DNA of 64,000 bases from Actinomycetota bacterium (GTDB taxonomy: Bacteria; Actinomycetota; Coriobacteriia; Anaerosomatales; UBA912), in contig JAMDCK010000059.1 in NCBI GenBank assembly GCA_023488435.1, positions 9,910-73,909 on the forward strand. The letters run 5' to 3'. This document shows positions 1-8,813 of the stretch, in pieces (within the stretch, counting starts at the first letter, position 1; each line of letters opens with the position of its first letter). A model generated the notes under the pieces. The model was given only the letters and a program-made list of their open reading frames with translations. It was not told the origin of the DNA and did not search any database. A program made the translations under genes and the position numbers.

Positions 1-1
1 T

Positions 2-247
2 CTAGCAGGCACCACCGGAAGCGTCGGTCAAGGCGCCTCCCTGCTGTTCGTCTACTCACTTGGCTTGGGAGTGCCATTCGTGGCAATCTCGCTATTGCTG
101 GGGAAGGTGGGCTCCTCTGTCAGTTGGTTGAGTCGACACGGCGCTACCATCAACAGGGTATCCGGGATACTCCTTATCGCGGTCGGACTACTCATGGTCT
201 CGGGTCGGCTTGGTTCAGTCACCGGCTGGCTGACGGCTCTGTTGTGA
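2..247 (+). CDS. ccdA: Cytochrome c biogenesis / thiol-disulfide transporter CcdA (DsbD family), C-terminal fragment; the 5' end lies outside the window
   Basis: The frame is open from the window edge. The translation ...LAGTTGSVGQGASLLFVYSLGLGVPFVAISLLLGK...GILLIAVGLLMVSG is the hydrophobic C-terminal part typical of CcdA. The ORF track lists only the internal-start version 65..247. Confidence 0.6.
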   Translation, partial: LAGTTGSVGQGASLLFVYSLGLGVPFVAISLLLGKVGSSVSWLSRHGATINRVSGILLIAVGLLMVSGRLGSVTGWLTALL

Positions 248-293
248 TCTCGGAGATCGCGTACGCTTCTTGGTGGTAGCTCATCTGTACTAA

Positions 294-3200
294 GTGTACG
301 ATGTTACAGACCTACCAAGTTGTGATTGGGGCTTCGGGATGACCCGAAAGAAGAGGAATGAGTCACTAGCATCCAATCTAGCGCTGCTACTCTTCATGGT
401 GACATCGCTTTCCTTGGTTCTAGTCTCTGTCACCGCGATAGCCGGTGTGGTGGACTTAGCTACCCGACAGGCCAGCGCTCGTCAGATAGCATATCAACAG
501 GCACTTATTGCAGAGATGCATGCAAGAATCGAAGCCGCCCAGGGAGTTGTTTCCCGCGTGTCCACGATTATCGAGGGCGGCGGTGTGGGGCAGGTCAACC
601 GAGTGGCACTCGCCATGCAGTTCGATGCGGGAATCGAATTCGTGGATACGCTCATCGTTGCGGACATCGAAGGCCGTGTACTTAGCGCCCACCCCACCTT
701 CAAGGCACCTAGGTCAGTTGCTGCGGCTCCTTACTTTCCCGAGACCGACCTTGAGGGAATCGGATTTCACTTCGATTCGGCCACAAACTCCCTTTGGATT
801 TCCCGACTGGTCGACGTCGGTCCCGAGCAATTGGTGTTGATGGCGAGGGTTCGAACCGCATTCATCCAACGTCTCGTTGACGAGTTTTCCGCAGCCGAGG
901 AGGGTAGAGTGGCGCTTCTGCTCGATCCCGAGACAGGAGCTTATGTCGCAGCACCACCAGCTTTCGATCTTTCTGCCGATGAACTTATGCTCGAGCCTGG
1001 TGACACACAGGGCACCGGATCAGTCAGTGGGATTTCATCCTCGTTAGGGCACCTGGTTGGCCACTATGCACTGGTGTCCGGCTACGATGGCATAGGGTGG
1101 ACTGTGATAGTCATGGAGCCGCAAGGCGACATCTTGTATGAGACGTGGCAGGCACTTGCTCCGGCGACGATGATGCTTCTGCTGGCTGGCCTGGTATCGA
1201 CCCTTGCCTCGTTTGTTTTCCTCCGAAGGCAGGTTTCCCCAATCAGGGCCCTTGAGGTAAGGGCTCGCCAAGCAGTTATCGGTGCACATGTGGCTTACAT
1301 CGACTCGGACCGCAAGGACGAGCTCGGGAGCATGGCGGATGCCTTCGATGCCATGGCCGCCAGGGTCAATTCACTGAATCATCTTGGACAGCTCTTGGCA
1401 TCATCCGCTAACCTCGATCAAGTCCTAGACGCCATCCTGACCGCACTGAGGGACATTGTTCGCAGCGAGAGTGTGGCTGTGTTCTTGTTGGATGACTCCA
1501 AGTCCCAAGTGGCAAAGGTCGTCAGTGTTGGCGTTGATCTGCCAGAGCCATCAACCATGATCGTCAGCGAGGCAGCATGGCTGACCAAAGTCATCGAGGC
1601 TGATCGACCTGTATCGTTCATACAGGGACACAATGCTCAGAGCGACGGTCAGGCAAGGGAGTCATCCGAATCAGAATTCCCAGCTGGCATGGCGGCACCC
1701 CTGAAGGTGGGTGCAGACATCATGGGTGTCGTGGTCGCATTCGAAACTGGCGAAAGGGAGTTCACAGATGCAGAGATTGAGATATTCAGAACGTTTACAG
1801 CCCATGCTTCGGTAGCGGTACATAACTCGCGTCTCTTCGAGAATGAGATCCAACTTCGGCAAGAAGCTGAGAGTCTTAGGGAGATTGCCGCCTTGCTTAC
1901 AAGCCCCAGGGCATTCGATGAATCCTATCGCCGCGTCACCAATATCTTGGCCCAGATGTTCGACGCCGATGATGCACACTTCGTTATTGTTGATCGCGGA
2001 AAGTACGGGCTCCCTGTCGCCAATCAAGCGGAGATAAACGGTCGCTTGAATCAGGTATGGGAGAGCGCGAACCGATCCTCCAGCGAGCCACTCATAATCC
2101 TCGATCGTGGTCAGGATACTCAGCATGACGAGCTATTCGTTGAGATAGGAGCGGAGCGCATAGCATTTCTAGGGGTATTGCGGGGAGATGCCTTCGTTGC
2201 CTTCGTCGCCCTGAAGTATGACAGGTGGAGGGATCTCTCCGGTGCACGCGTCGCAGTACGCGCATCAGCCCTGTCCAGCCAGCTTTCTTTGGTCCTTGAC
2301 AACGCCTACTATTTCGCCGAAGCCACCACTCATTCAGACAACCTTGAGACGATTTTCCGTATATCTCAAGTGGTAGGTTCTTCACTACAACCCAATGTCG
2401 TGCTGAATCGGGTACTAGATGTAGTCCAGAAGATTTTCGGTGCAGATGCGGTTGCACTACTCAAGCACGATGATTTCCGTCAATCGATAAGCACGGTCAT
2501 GGCGCGAGGATCGGTTTCTGCTCAGCTTCTCCGGTACGAACGACGTGCCGACGAGGGATTATTGGGAGCGGTCTTCAGTAGAGGGCTTCCGATTAGAACA
2601 GGTTACCTCACTGAGTGCGAAGAAGAAGAGACCGCCTGGCTGGGCCTAGACCTCGAATCTCTTCTCGCCGCCCCCTTGATCGCTCGTGGACGAACGGTGG
2701 GTGTACTGGCGATCTTCTCGGCAAGAGTGGATGCTTTTAGTGAGGACGACATGGAGCTACTCTCGACCTTCGCATCCCAGGCGGCATTAGCAATTGATAC
2801 AGCGAACATGTATGGCCGCGAACACCATGTAGCCACCGTTTTGAAGGCCAGTATCTTGCCGGATGTCTTGCCGGAATTCGAAGAAGTCGAAGCTGACAGC
2901 CTGTACCTTCCTGCCGGTAAAGATTCAGATATCGGTGGTGATTACTATGACTTGATGAAGGACCCTGAGGGCCGCATAGTGATCGTCATCGGCGATGTGT
3001 GTGGAAAGGGCGTCGAGGCCGCCACGAAGACCTCGATGATCAAATACTCCGCCAGAGCGCTGATTGCCGCAGGGCTCTCTCCGAGGGAGATTCTCGCGCA
3101 TCTCAACAGACTGATGATCGAGCCGGGCATCCACTGTGACATCGTTACCCTTTGGATCGGGAGGCTTGATCCCAAGAGTGGGTTGCTAGAGTACGCGAAT

Positions 3201-3539
3201 GGCGGTCATCCGCCTGCCCTGGTTTGGCGGGCGGCCGTGCGTAAATCCGAGCGTCTTTGTACGACGGGTCCACTACTTGGGGCCTTCCCGGATCCAGAGT
3301 ACGAGGAGCTATCAACAAAACTCGATCCAGGGGACTCGGTGCTGCTCTATACCGACGGTGTGACCGAATCCAGGAATGGGAATAGATTCTTTGGAGAAGG
3401 CCGGGTTAGAAGGGCTCTTTCCAAAGGTGACACCCCATCCGCTGTTATTGTGGCACTTGAATCCTCCCTGAGAACGTTTACACGTGGCGAACTAAGAGAT
3501 GATGCTGCGGCCGTAGTGGTCCGGCTGAGAGACGCTTGA
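294..3539 (+). CDS. Membrane sensor PP2C/SpoIIE-type serine phosphatase (RsbU-like) with extracytoplasmic domain, HAMP and multiple GAF domains
   Basis: 1081-aa ORF. It has an N-terminal TM (LALLLFMVTSLSLVLVSVTAIAGVV), a region of about 250 aa between two TMs, and a HAMP-like segment (DELGSMADAFDAMAARVNSL). These are followed by repeated GAF-like blocks and a C-terminal PP2C signature (GGDYYD ... GDVCGKG ... YTDGVTE). The start is uncertain (GTG 294 or ATG 339). Confidence 0.8.
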   Translation: MYDVTDLPSCDWGFGMTRKKRNESLASNLALLLFMVTSLSLVLVSVTAIAGVVDLATRQASARQIAYQQALIAEMHARIEAAQGVVSRVSTIIEGGGVGQVNRVALAMQFDAGIEFVDTLIVADIEGRVLSAHPTFKAPRSVAAAPYFPETDLEGIGFHFDSATNSLWISRLVDVGPEQLVLMARVRTAFIQRLVDEFSAAEEGRVALLLDPETGAYVAAPPAFDLSADELMLEPGDTQGTGSVSGISSSLGHLVGHYALVSGYDGIGWTVIVMEPQGDILYETWQALAPATMMLLLAGLVSTLASFVFLRRQVSPIRALEVRARQAVIGAHVAYIDSDRKDELGSMADAFDAMAARVNSLNHLGQLLASSANLDQVLDAILTALRDIVRSESVAVFLLDDSKSQVAKVVSVGVDLPEPSTMIVSEAAWLTKVIEADRPVSFIQGHNAQSDGQARESSESEFPAGMAAPLKVGADIMGVVVAFETGEREFTDAEIEIFRTFTAHASVAVHNSRLFENEIQLRQEAESLREIAALLTSPRAFDESYRRVTNILAQMFDADDAHFVIVDRGKYGLPVANQAEINGRLNQVWESANRSSSEPLIILDRGQDTQHDELFVEIGAERIAFLGVLRGDAFVAFVALKYDRWRDLSGARVAVRASALSSQLSLVLDNAYYFAEATTHSDNLETIFRISQVVGSSLQPNVVLNRVLDVVQKIFGADAVALLKHDDFRQSISTVMARGSVSAQLLRYERRADEGLLGAVFSRGLPIRTGYLTECEEEETAWLGLDLESLLAAPLIARGRTVGVLAIFSARVDAFSEDDMELLSTFASQAALAIDTANMYGREHHVATVLKASILPDVLPEFEEVEADSLYLPAGKDSDIGGDYYDLMKDPEGRIVIVIGDVCGKGVEAATKTSMIKYSARALIAAGLSPREILAHLNRLMIEPGIHCDIVTLWIGRLDPKSGLLEYANGGHPPALVWRAAVRKSERLCTTGPLLGAFPDPEYEELSTKLDPGDSVLLYTDGVTESRNGNRFFGEGRVRRALSKGDTPSAVIVALESSLRTFTRGELRDDAAAVVVRLRDA

Positions 3540-3547
3540 GAGGATCG

Positions 3548-4372
3548 ATGGGCCGACCAGACAGCCGGAAATCGGCGGACACGAAACCGAGCGAGCCCTT
3601 CTGGGTAGAGCGTTTCGATGACATCAGGGCGGCCACAGTCCGCATCACATGCGACATCGACATCTCCGTGGTTCCTCAGATGACCCAGTCGTTTGTCTCC
3701 CTTGTCGATACAGGGACATCGAATTTCGTTCTCGACCTATCAGAAGTTCAGTTCATTGATTCCTCGGCACTTGGGCTCCTTGTCTATTTGGACAGGATGC
3801 TGGCAGATCGGGAGGGGAGTGTAGTTCTCACAGGAGTGAATAAGAACGTCGGAAGAGTGCTCGATCTTTCGGGTATCTACAGCGGCGCGAAGACTCTCAC
3901 CAAAGCAAATAACGCCGAAAGAGTCTTAGAGTCGCTGGAGCCAGTTTCAAGTGCGTCGGATCCGCTTTGGGAAGAGCGACTCGATATGCCGGCCAAAACC
4001 GAGGCGCTGCCTGAAATCCGCAGCCGGATAGGTGCGATACTCGAGCCTTTGGAGCTTGCTGAAGATGTCCTTTTCGATATCAAGGTAGCTAGTGGTGAAG
4101 CCCTCGCAAATGCTGTGCGACATGGCTCGGCGGAGAATCACGAGCGCATTGGAATTGCGATCAGGGTGTACGAGGACAGGGTCGTCATCGAAGTTACTGA
4201 TGTTGGAGTCGGATTCGACGGCGCTGTTGAATTGAGTGATGACCTGTATTCGCCCGGGGGAAGGGGTATAATGTTTATGAATGCGCTGATGGATTCGGTG
4301 TCCTTCGCTCCCGGAGCCACCGGTGGAACCATGGTCACGCTTGAGAAACGGCGAACAATCAATGGAACTTGA
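3548..4372 (+). CDS. Fusion protein: STAS anti-sigma-factor antagonist domain plus RsbW/SpoIIAB-type serine kinase (HATPase) domain
   Basis: The N-terminal STAS domain has the conserved phospho-serine context (VQFIDSSALGLL). The C-terminal HATPase_c is of anti-sigma kinase type (EALANAVRHG ... GGRGIMFMNALMD ... GGTMVTLEK). The start is ATG 3548, or TTG 3536, which overlaps the stop of the upstream phosphatase gene. Confidence 0.75.
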   Translation: MGRPDSRKSADTKPSEPFWVERFDDIRAATVRITCDIDISVVPQMTQSFVSLVDTGTSNFVLDLSEVQFIDSSALGLLVYLDRMLADREGSVVLTGVNKNVGRVLDLSGIYSGAKTLTKANNAERVLESLEPVSSASDPLWEERLDMPAKTEALPEIRSRIGAILEPLELAEDVLFDIKVASGEALANAVRHGSAENHERIGIAIRVYEDRVVIEVTDVGVGFDGAVELSDDLYSPGGRGIMFMNALMDSVSFAPGATGGTMVTLEKRRTINGT

Positions 4373-4466
4373 TCGAGTCGTTGCAATCCTAGGTGCCGAT
4401 ACTTCCAAAATGGGGTATTACTAGGCTTATAGACATTCAACTCTACTACCGTTGGGGGCAGGAAAC

Positions 4467-5036
4467 ATGAGCGCGATTGATCTGATGGCACGCAGGCATT
4501 CGATAAGGGCTTACAGCTCGGACCCGGTTCCGGTCGAGTTGATTGAGAAGCTGATGGAGGCGGCATCCTTTGCGCCATCGGCTTTCAACAATCAACCCTG
4601 GCGGTACTATATCGCGACCGGAGAGAGCAGACGCAAGCTCGGTGAGATCATGGTCCAGGGAACCCATTTCTTGGAGGACTACCTACACGTCATCGGCCAT
4701 GAGATGAACGAGTGGGTTCTCAAGTGGTACAGCGAGCTCGGCCAGGCTCCGGTGGTCATTGCATGCACCTTGCCGGTGACAGACGATGAGCTCCAAACCC
4801 TGAACGGCTATCTGGCGGTCGGCTCCTCCATACAGAACATGCTTCTTGCCGCCACAGACCTAGGTCTCGGCTCTTGCTATCTTACCTTCTCCTACTGGGT
4901 CAGTGATGAGATTGCGAAGATGTTGGAAGTTCCCGAGGATCGCACAGTCGTTGCACTCATCGCACTGGGGTACCCCAAAGAGGATCCGGTAGCGCCCGCT
5001 AGGGAAATCGAATCGATTGCGATTTATCGCGATTGA
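4467..5036 (+). CDS. Nitroreductase-family flavoprotein
   Basis: Nitroreductase hallmarks are present (RRHSIRAY, SAFNNQPWRYY). Length is about 189 aa from ATG 4467. The ORF track start at 4452 is a non-ATG extension. Confidence 0.75.
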   Translation: MSAIDLMARRHSIRAYSSDPVPVELIEKLMEAASFAPSAFNNQPWRYYIATGESRRKLGEIMVQGTHFLEDYLHVIGHEMNEWVLKWYSELGQAPVVIACTLPVTDDELQTLNGYLAVGSSIQNMLLAATDLGLGSCYLTFSYWVSDEIAKMLEVPEDRTVVALIALGYPKEDPVAPAREIESIAIYRD

Positions 5037-5737
5037 TGAACTGTAGCGCGGTCTGTTTCGATGTCGGAAATACACTTCTCCGTCCGTTCCCTGGAGTAGC
5101 TTCTGTGTGCCACGAGGTAATCACAAGCATGGGACACTCCTGTGAGCTGGACGACATCGAAGCCATGATGCCCTTGGTCGACGCGCACTACGAGGATGCC
5201 TACTCTCGTGATGACAGCTTCTGGGCCGATGAAGCCGCAACCGTGGAGATATGGACCGGAATGTACTCGATGCTAGGGCGCCGGCTCGGCCTAGGGTCCG
5301 AGTCGGACGTTTTTGCCAAGAAAGTCTTTGATGAGTTTGGCCTCGAGGGCAGATGGGAGCCTTTCGAAGATGTACTCCCCGCTCTTGATAGACTTGCATC
5401 CCGTGGCGTGAGAATGGCAGTGATCTCCAATTGGGATTCGAGACTCGAAGGACTACTCCAGACCATGGGACTAACACGCTACTTCGAGACGGTCATTTCT
5501 TCTGCAGTCGTGGGGCTTTGTAAGCCGGATCCCCGCATCTTCGAGCTAGCATGCGATAGACTTGGGGTTGCGTCGAAGGAAGTCGCTCACGTTGGAGATC
5601 ATCATTATGCTGATGTGGTGGGAGCTTCTTCGGCCGGACTGCGCCCGGTGTTGATAGACCGCACTGGCACTCATCGTACGCAGTCTCGCATAACATCACT
5701 GGATTGTCTTGAGGCGCATTTGGGCGGATCGCCTTAG
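5036..5737 (+). CDS. HAD-superfamily hydrolase (subfamily IA, REG-2-like)
   Basis: Motif I is FDVGNTLL, motif II is VISNWD, and motif IV is VGDHHYADVVGA. The start overlaps the nitroreductase stop. Confidence 0.7.
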   Translation: MNCSAVCFDVGNTLLRPFPGVASVCHEVITSMGHSCELDDIEAMMPLVDAHYEDAYSRDDSFWADEAATVEIWTGMYSMLGRRLGLGSESDVFAKKVFDEFGLEGRWEPFEDVLPALDRLASRGVRMAVISNWDSRLEGLLQTMGLTRYFETVISSAVVGLCKPDPRIFELACDRLGVASKEVAHVGDHHYADVVGASSAGLRPVLIDRTGTHRTQSRITSLDCLEAHLGGSP

Positions 5738-5849
5738 CGCCTGCAAGGGAGTAGGCTATATCCGGTCATCAGCAGATACCGGACGCCGAAAACCTTCGGC
5801 AACCAAGCCGTGATTTTGCATCTGTCACTAGGTGAAGGAGTGTAGCTCG

Positions 5850-7340
5850 ATGGCGATAACTGATCTGCGTGAGTTCATTTCGTTGCTCGAGTCAAGGAAT
5901 CACTTGAAGCGCATTACCGCGGATGTCGATCCTTACCTCGAGATTGGTGAAATAGCAGATAGAGTCAGCAAAAGTGGGGGCCCTGGACTACTGTTCGAGA
6001 ACCCCGTGGATCGAAATAGCGGCACTCCCTACGACATGCCGGTGGCAATCAATCTTATGGGAAGCTATGAGCGAATGGCTTGGGCCTTGGGAGTCGATGC
6101 TCAGACCGGGTCATGGAGTGACCTCGATGCGAAGGCACGTGAGCTGATGGAGCTGATTCCCCTTGACATGCCTGGAGGTATGAAGGGAAAGCTCGATGCG
6201 GTCATGGGACTCAAGAGTCTTGCTACAGCCGGGGCTAAAGAAGTCAAGGCGAACAAGGCACCTGTCCAACAAGTGGTCATCCGGGGCGATGATGTCGACC
6301 TGAGGAGGCTCCCAGTACTCACGACTTGGCCTAACGATGGCGGGCCGTTCATCACGCTGCCGTTAGTGGTGACAAGCAATCTCAAGCACAGGATGAATCT
6401 AGGGATGTACCGCTTGCAGGTCTTCGACAAGAACACCACCGGACTTCACATTCACGAACACCATGATGGAGCAAAGAACCTCAAGGAGTGGGCTGATGCC
6501 GGACATTCGCGTGTACCTGTAGCAGCAGTCCTTGGCGGGGACCCAGTGACGATCTTCTCGGCGACCGCCCCTGTTCCCCCAATGATCGACGAATACCTGT
6601 TCTCCGGTATATTGCGCAAGGAGCCGGTCGAGGTAGTCAAGTGCGTCACCAACGATCTGCTTGTTCCCGCCCATGCTGAGATCGTTCTTGAGGGCTGGTG
6701 CGACCCAGCTGAAACTCGTTGGGAGGGCCCCTTTGGCGACCACACGGGGTACTATTCTCTCGCGGACTACTTCCCGGTCTTCCACGTCGAAGCGATTACG
6801 ATGCGCAAGGACGCCATCTACCCGACCACAATCGTCGGTAAGCCCCCGATGGAGGACTGCTACATGGCCAAGGCCACTGAGCGGATATTCCTTCCGGTAA
6901 TCCGCGCGATGCTGCCCGAGGTCATCGATTACGACCTGCCGCTGGAGGGCGTGTTTCATAACTGTGCGATCTTCAGGATCAAGAAGGAGTTTCCCGGCCA
7001 GGCGTTCCGAGTAATGAACTTTGCATGGTCCATGGGCCAGATGATGTTGACCAAGTATGTGATCGTCGTGGATGAGGACGTCGATTGCCATGATTACAGC
7101 GAGGTCGCCTGGCGATGCTTCAACAACGTGGACCCTGACAGGGATATCCTGATAAGCAAGGGTCCCCTGGATAAACTCGATCACGCCAGCAACTATGAGA
7201 GCTTCGGATTCAAGATGGGAATCGATGCGACGCGACCGTTGCCTGGCGAAGGCCATCTTCGCGAATGGCCGGAGTCCCTTAGGATGTCTCCCGAAGTGAA
7301 AGAGAGGGTCGACTCGATCTGGGATGACTTGGGCCTGTGA
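5850..7340 (+). CDS. ubiD: UbiD-family (prFMN-dependent) aromatic decarboxylase
   Basis: 496 aa with full-length UbiD-like sequence (ITADVDPYLEIGEIADR ... GPFGDHTGYY ...). An SD GAAGGAG lies upstream of ATG 5850. The gene is followed by overlapping ubiA-like and adjacent ubiX-like genes. Confidence 0.85.
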   Translation: MAITDLREFISLLESRNHLKRITADVDPYLEIGEIADRVSKSGGPGLLFENPVDRNSGTPYDMPVAINLMGSYERMAWALGVDAQTGSWSDLDAKARELMELIPLDMPGGMKGKLDAVMGLKSLATAGAKEVKANKAPVQQVVIRGDDVDLRRLPVLTTWPNDGGPFITLPLVVTSNLKHRMNLGMYRLQVFDKNTTGLHIHEHHDGAKNLKEWADAGHSRVPVAAVLGGDPVTIFSATAPVPPMIDEYLFSGILRKEPVEVVKCVTNDLLVPAHAEIVLEGWCDPAETRWEGPFGDHTGYYSLADYFPVFHVEAITMRKDAIYPTTIVGKPPMEDCYMAKATERIFLPVIRAMLPEVIDYDLPLEGVFHNCAIFRIKKEFPGQAFRVMNFAWSMGQMMLTKYVIVVDEDVDCHDYSEVAWRCFNNVDPDRDILISKGPLDKLDHASNYESFGFKMGIDATRPLPGEGHLREWPESLRMSPEVKERVDSIWDDLGL

Positions 7341-8203
7341 AATCAGCCCTGGCTAAAGCCCGGATCTTCCTTGAGTTGATCAAGTTCGAGCATTCCGTCT
7401 TCGCACTTCCGTACGCATATATAGGTGCGATATATGGTGCGGGTGCCTCTTGGCCTACTTTGGCACAGCTATTTTGGATAACCGTGGTGATGGTAAGTGC
7501 CAGAGCCTTTGCGTTTTTACTTAATCGCTTCGTTGACAGGCACATCGACGCTCGCAATCCTCGCACCGCCACCAGGGCCATTCCGGCTGGATCCATCGGC
7601 ACAAGGGAAGTTGTGCTTTTCGGGATTGTCGCGCTGGTGTTGTACTTTCTTGGCATATGGCAACTCGATCCGCTGGCTAGGATGCTTTGGCCGATTCCGC
7701 TCATCGCCTTCATCGTCTATCCGTACACCAAGCGATTCACGCCGCTCTGCCACTATTGGTTGGGTATGTGCCTCGGGCTGGCCCCTGTGGGCGGATGGGT
7801 TGCAGTGGGTGGGGATATCGCTGACCCTGCGCCTTGGGTCATAGGAGCCGCCGTGATGCTCTGGACTGCAGGATTCGACATCATCTATGCCACGCAGGAC
7901 GTCCAATGCGATCGCCGCGATGGTGTTCGCTCAATGCCAGCTGACCTCGGCATCGGACCCGCGCTGCTTCAGACTAGGATCGCACACGCTTCGACGGTCC
8001 TGCTTCTGGTTCTTGGCGGGATGCTGCTTGATGCGGGCGCTCCGTGGTATATCGGTGTTGCCGCTTCAGCTGCGCTACTCGCATACGAGAACAGTATCGT
8101 TACTGCCTCGGACCTCTCAAGAGTCGACGCAGCCTTCTTCACGGTCAACGGAGTGATTGCTATCCTTGTGGGCGTAGGAGCAATCGCGGACAGACTGCTT
8201 TGA
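7337..8203 (+). CDS. ubiA: UbiA-family aromatic polyprenyltransferase (4-hydroxybenzoate polyprenyltransferase-like / MqnP-like)
   Basis: Polytopic membrane protein with the Asp-rich prenyltransferase motif (NRFVDRHIDARNPRT) and a second motif (DIIYATQDVQCDRRDG). The GTG start overlaps the ubiD stop. Confidence 0.85.
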   Translation: MKSALAKARIFLELIKFEHSVFALPYAYIGAIYGAGASWPTLAQLFWITVVMVSARAFAFLLNRFVDRHIDARNPRTATRAIPAGSIGTREVVLFGIVALVLYFLGIWQLDPLARMLWPIPLIAFIVYPYTKRFTPLCHYWLGMCLGLAPVGGWVAVGGDIADPAPWVIGAAVMLWTAGFDIIYATQDVQCDRRDGVRSMPADLGIGPALLQTRIAHASTVLLLVLGGMLLDAGAPWYIGVAASAALLAYENSIVTASDLSRVDAAFFTVNGVIAILVGVGAIADRLL

Positions 8204-8213
8204 TTGGAGAATC

Positions 8214-8813
8214 ATGTCACGCTATACAGTGGTGATCACGGGAGCTTCTGGCTCCGTTTATGGCCTGCGACTGATAGAGCAGCTTTTGATTCGCGATAAC
8301 GAGGTTGCCGCTTGCTTCACCGATGCCGGACGCGATGTTTGCGCTTACGAGACGGGTTTCGATCTTCCAGAGAAAGAGGCAGCTAAGGCGATTTCGAGGT
8401 TTCTGGAGATTCCGGCCGAAGCGCATAAGCTGCGCTGCGTCTCTCCATCCGATCTGTTCGACCCGATAGCCAGTGGTTCCCATCGTGTCGACGGGATGGT
8501 GGTCTGTCCGGCTAGCATGGGTTTCGTATCCAAGGTCGCGAACGGCCTCTCAAGCGATCTGCCGTCAAGGGCGGCAGACGTCGCTCTAAAGGAGAGGACT
8601 CCTCTCATAGTGGTTCCGCGCGAGACCCCGCTTTCACTGGTTCACTTGAGGAATCTGACTGCTTTGGCCGAGGCGGGCGCGGTGGTGCTGCCCGCCATGC
8701 CGGGATTCTATCAGCGCCCTAGGACGCTGGATGATTCAGTCAACTTCGTGGTCGGAAAAGTACTTGACTCGCTAGGGATCGATCACGAACTCTTCTCTAG
8801 GTGGGGGGAGTAG
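8214..8813 (+). CDS. ubiX: UbiX-type flavin prenyltransferase
   Basis: 199 aa. It has the N-terminal flavoprotein motif VVITGASGSVYGLRLIEQLL and the internal motif MVVCPASMGFVSKVANGLSSDL. Confidence 0.85.
   Translation: MSRYTVVITGASGSVYGLRLIEQLLIRDNEVAACFTDAGRDVCAYETGFDLPEKEAAKAISRFLEIPAEAHKLRCVSPSDLFDPIASGSHRVDGMVVCPASMGFVSKVANGLSSDLPSRAADVALKERTPLIVVPRETPLSLVHLRNLTALAEAGAVVLPAMPGFYQRPRTLDDSVNFVVGKVLDSLGIDHELFSRWGE

Noticed and set aside
6399-7256. 285-aa minus-strand ORF inside ubiD
   Set aside because: It is antisense to a full-length, motif-supported UbiD gene. It has no recognisable domain and is a typical GC-rich shadow ORF. The same reasoning applies to 12672..13331(-) inside mnhB, 29360..30010(-) inside hemE, 47548..48087(+) inside the EF-G paralog and 15578..16102(+) inside the fused antiporter gene.
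8783-8813. The 31-nt convergent overlap between the ubiX 3' end and the GT4 gene 3' end as a sign of mis-annotation or antisense regulation
   Set aside because: Both ORFs are well supported up to their stops, and short convergent overlaps are common in compact genomes. There is no further evidence of a regulatory role.
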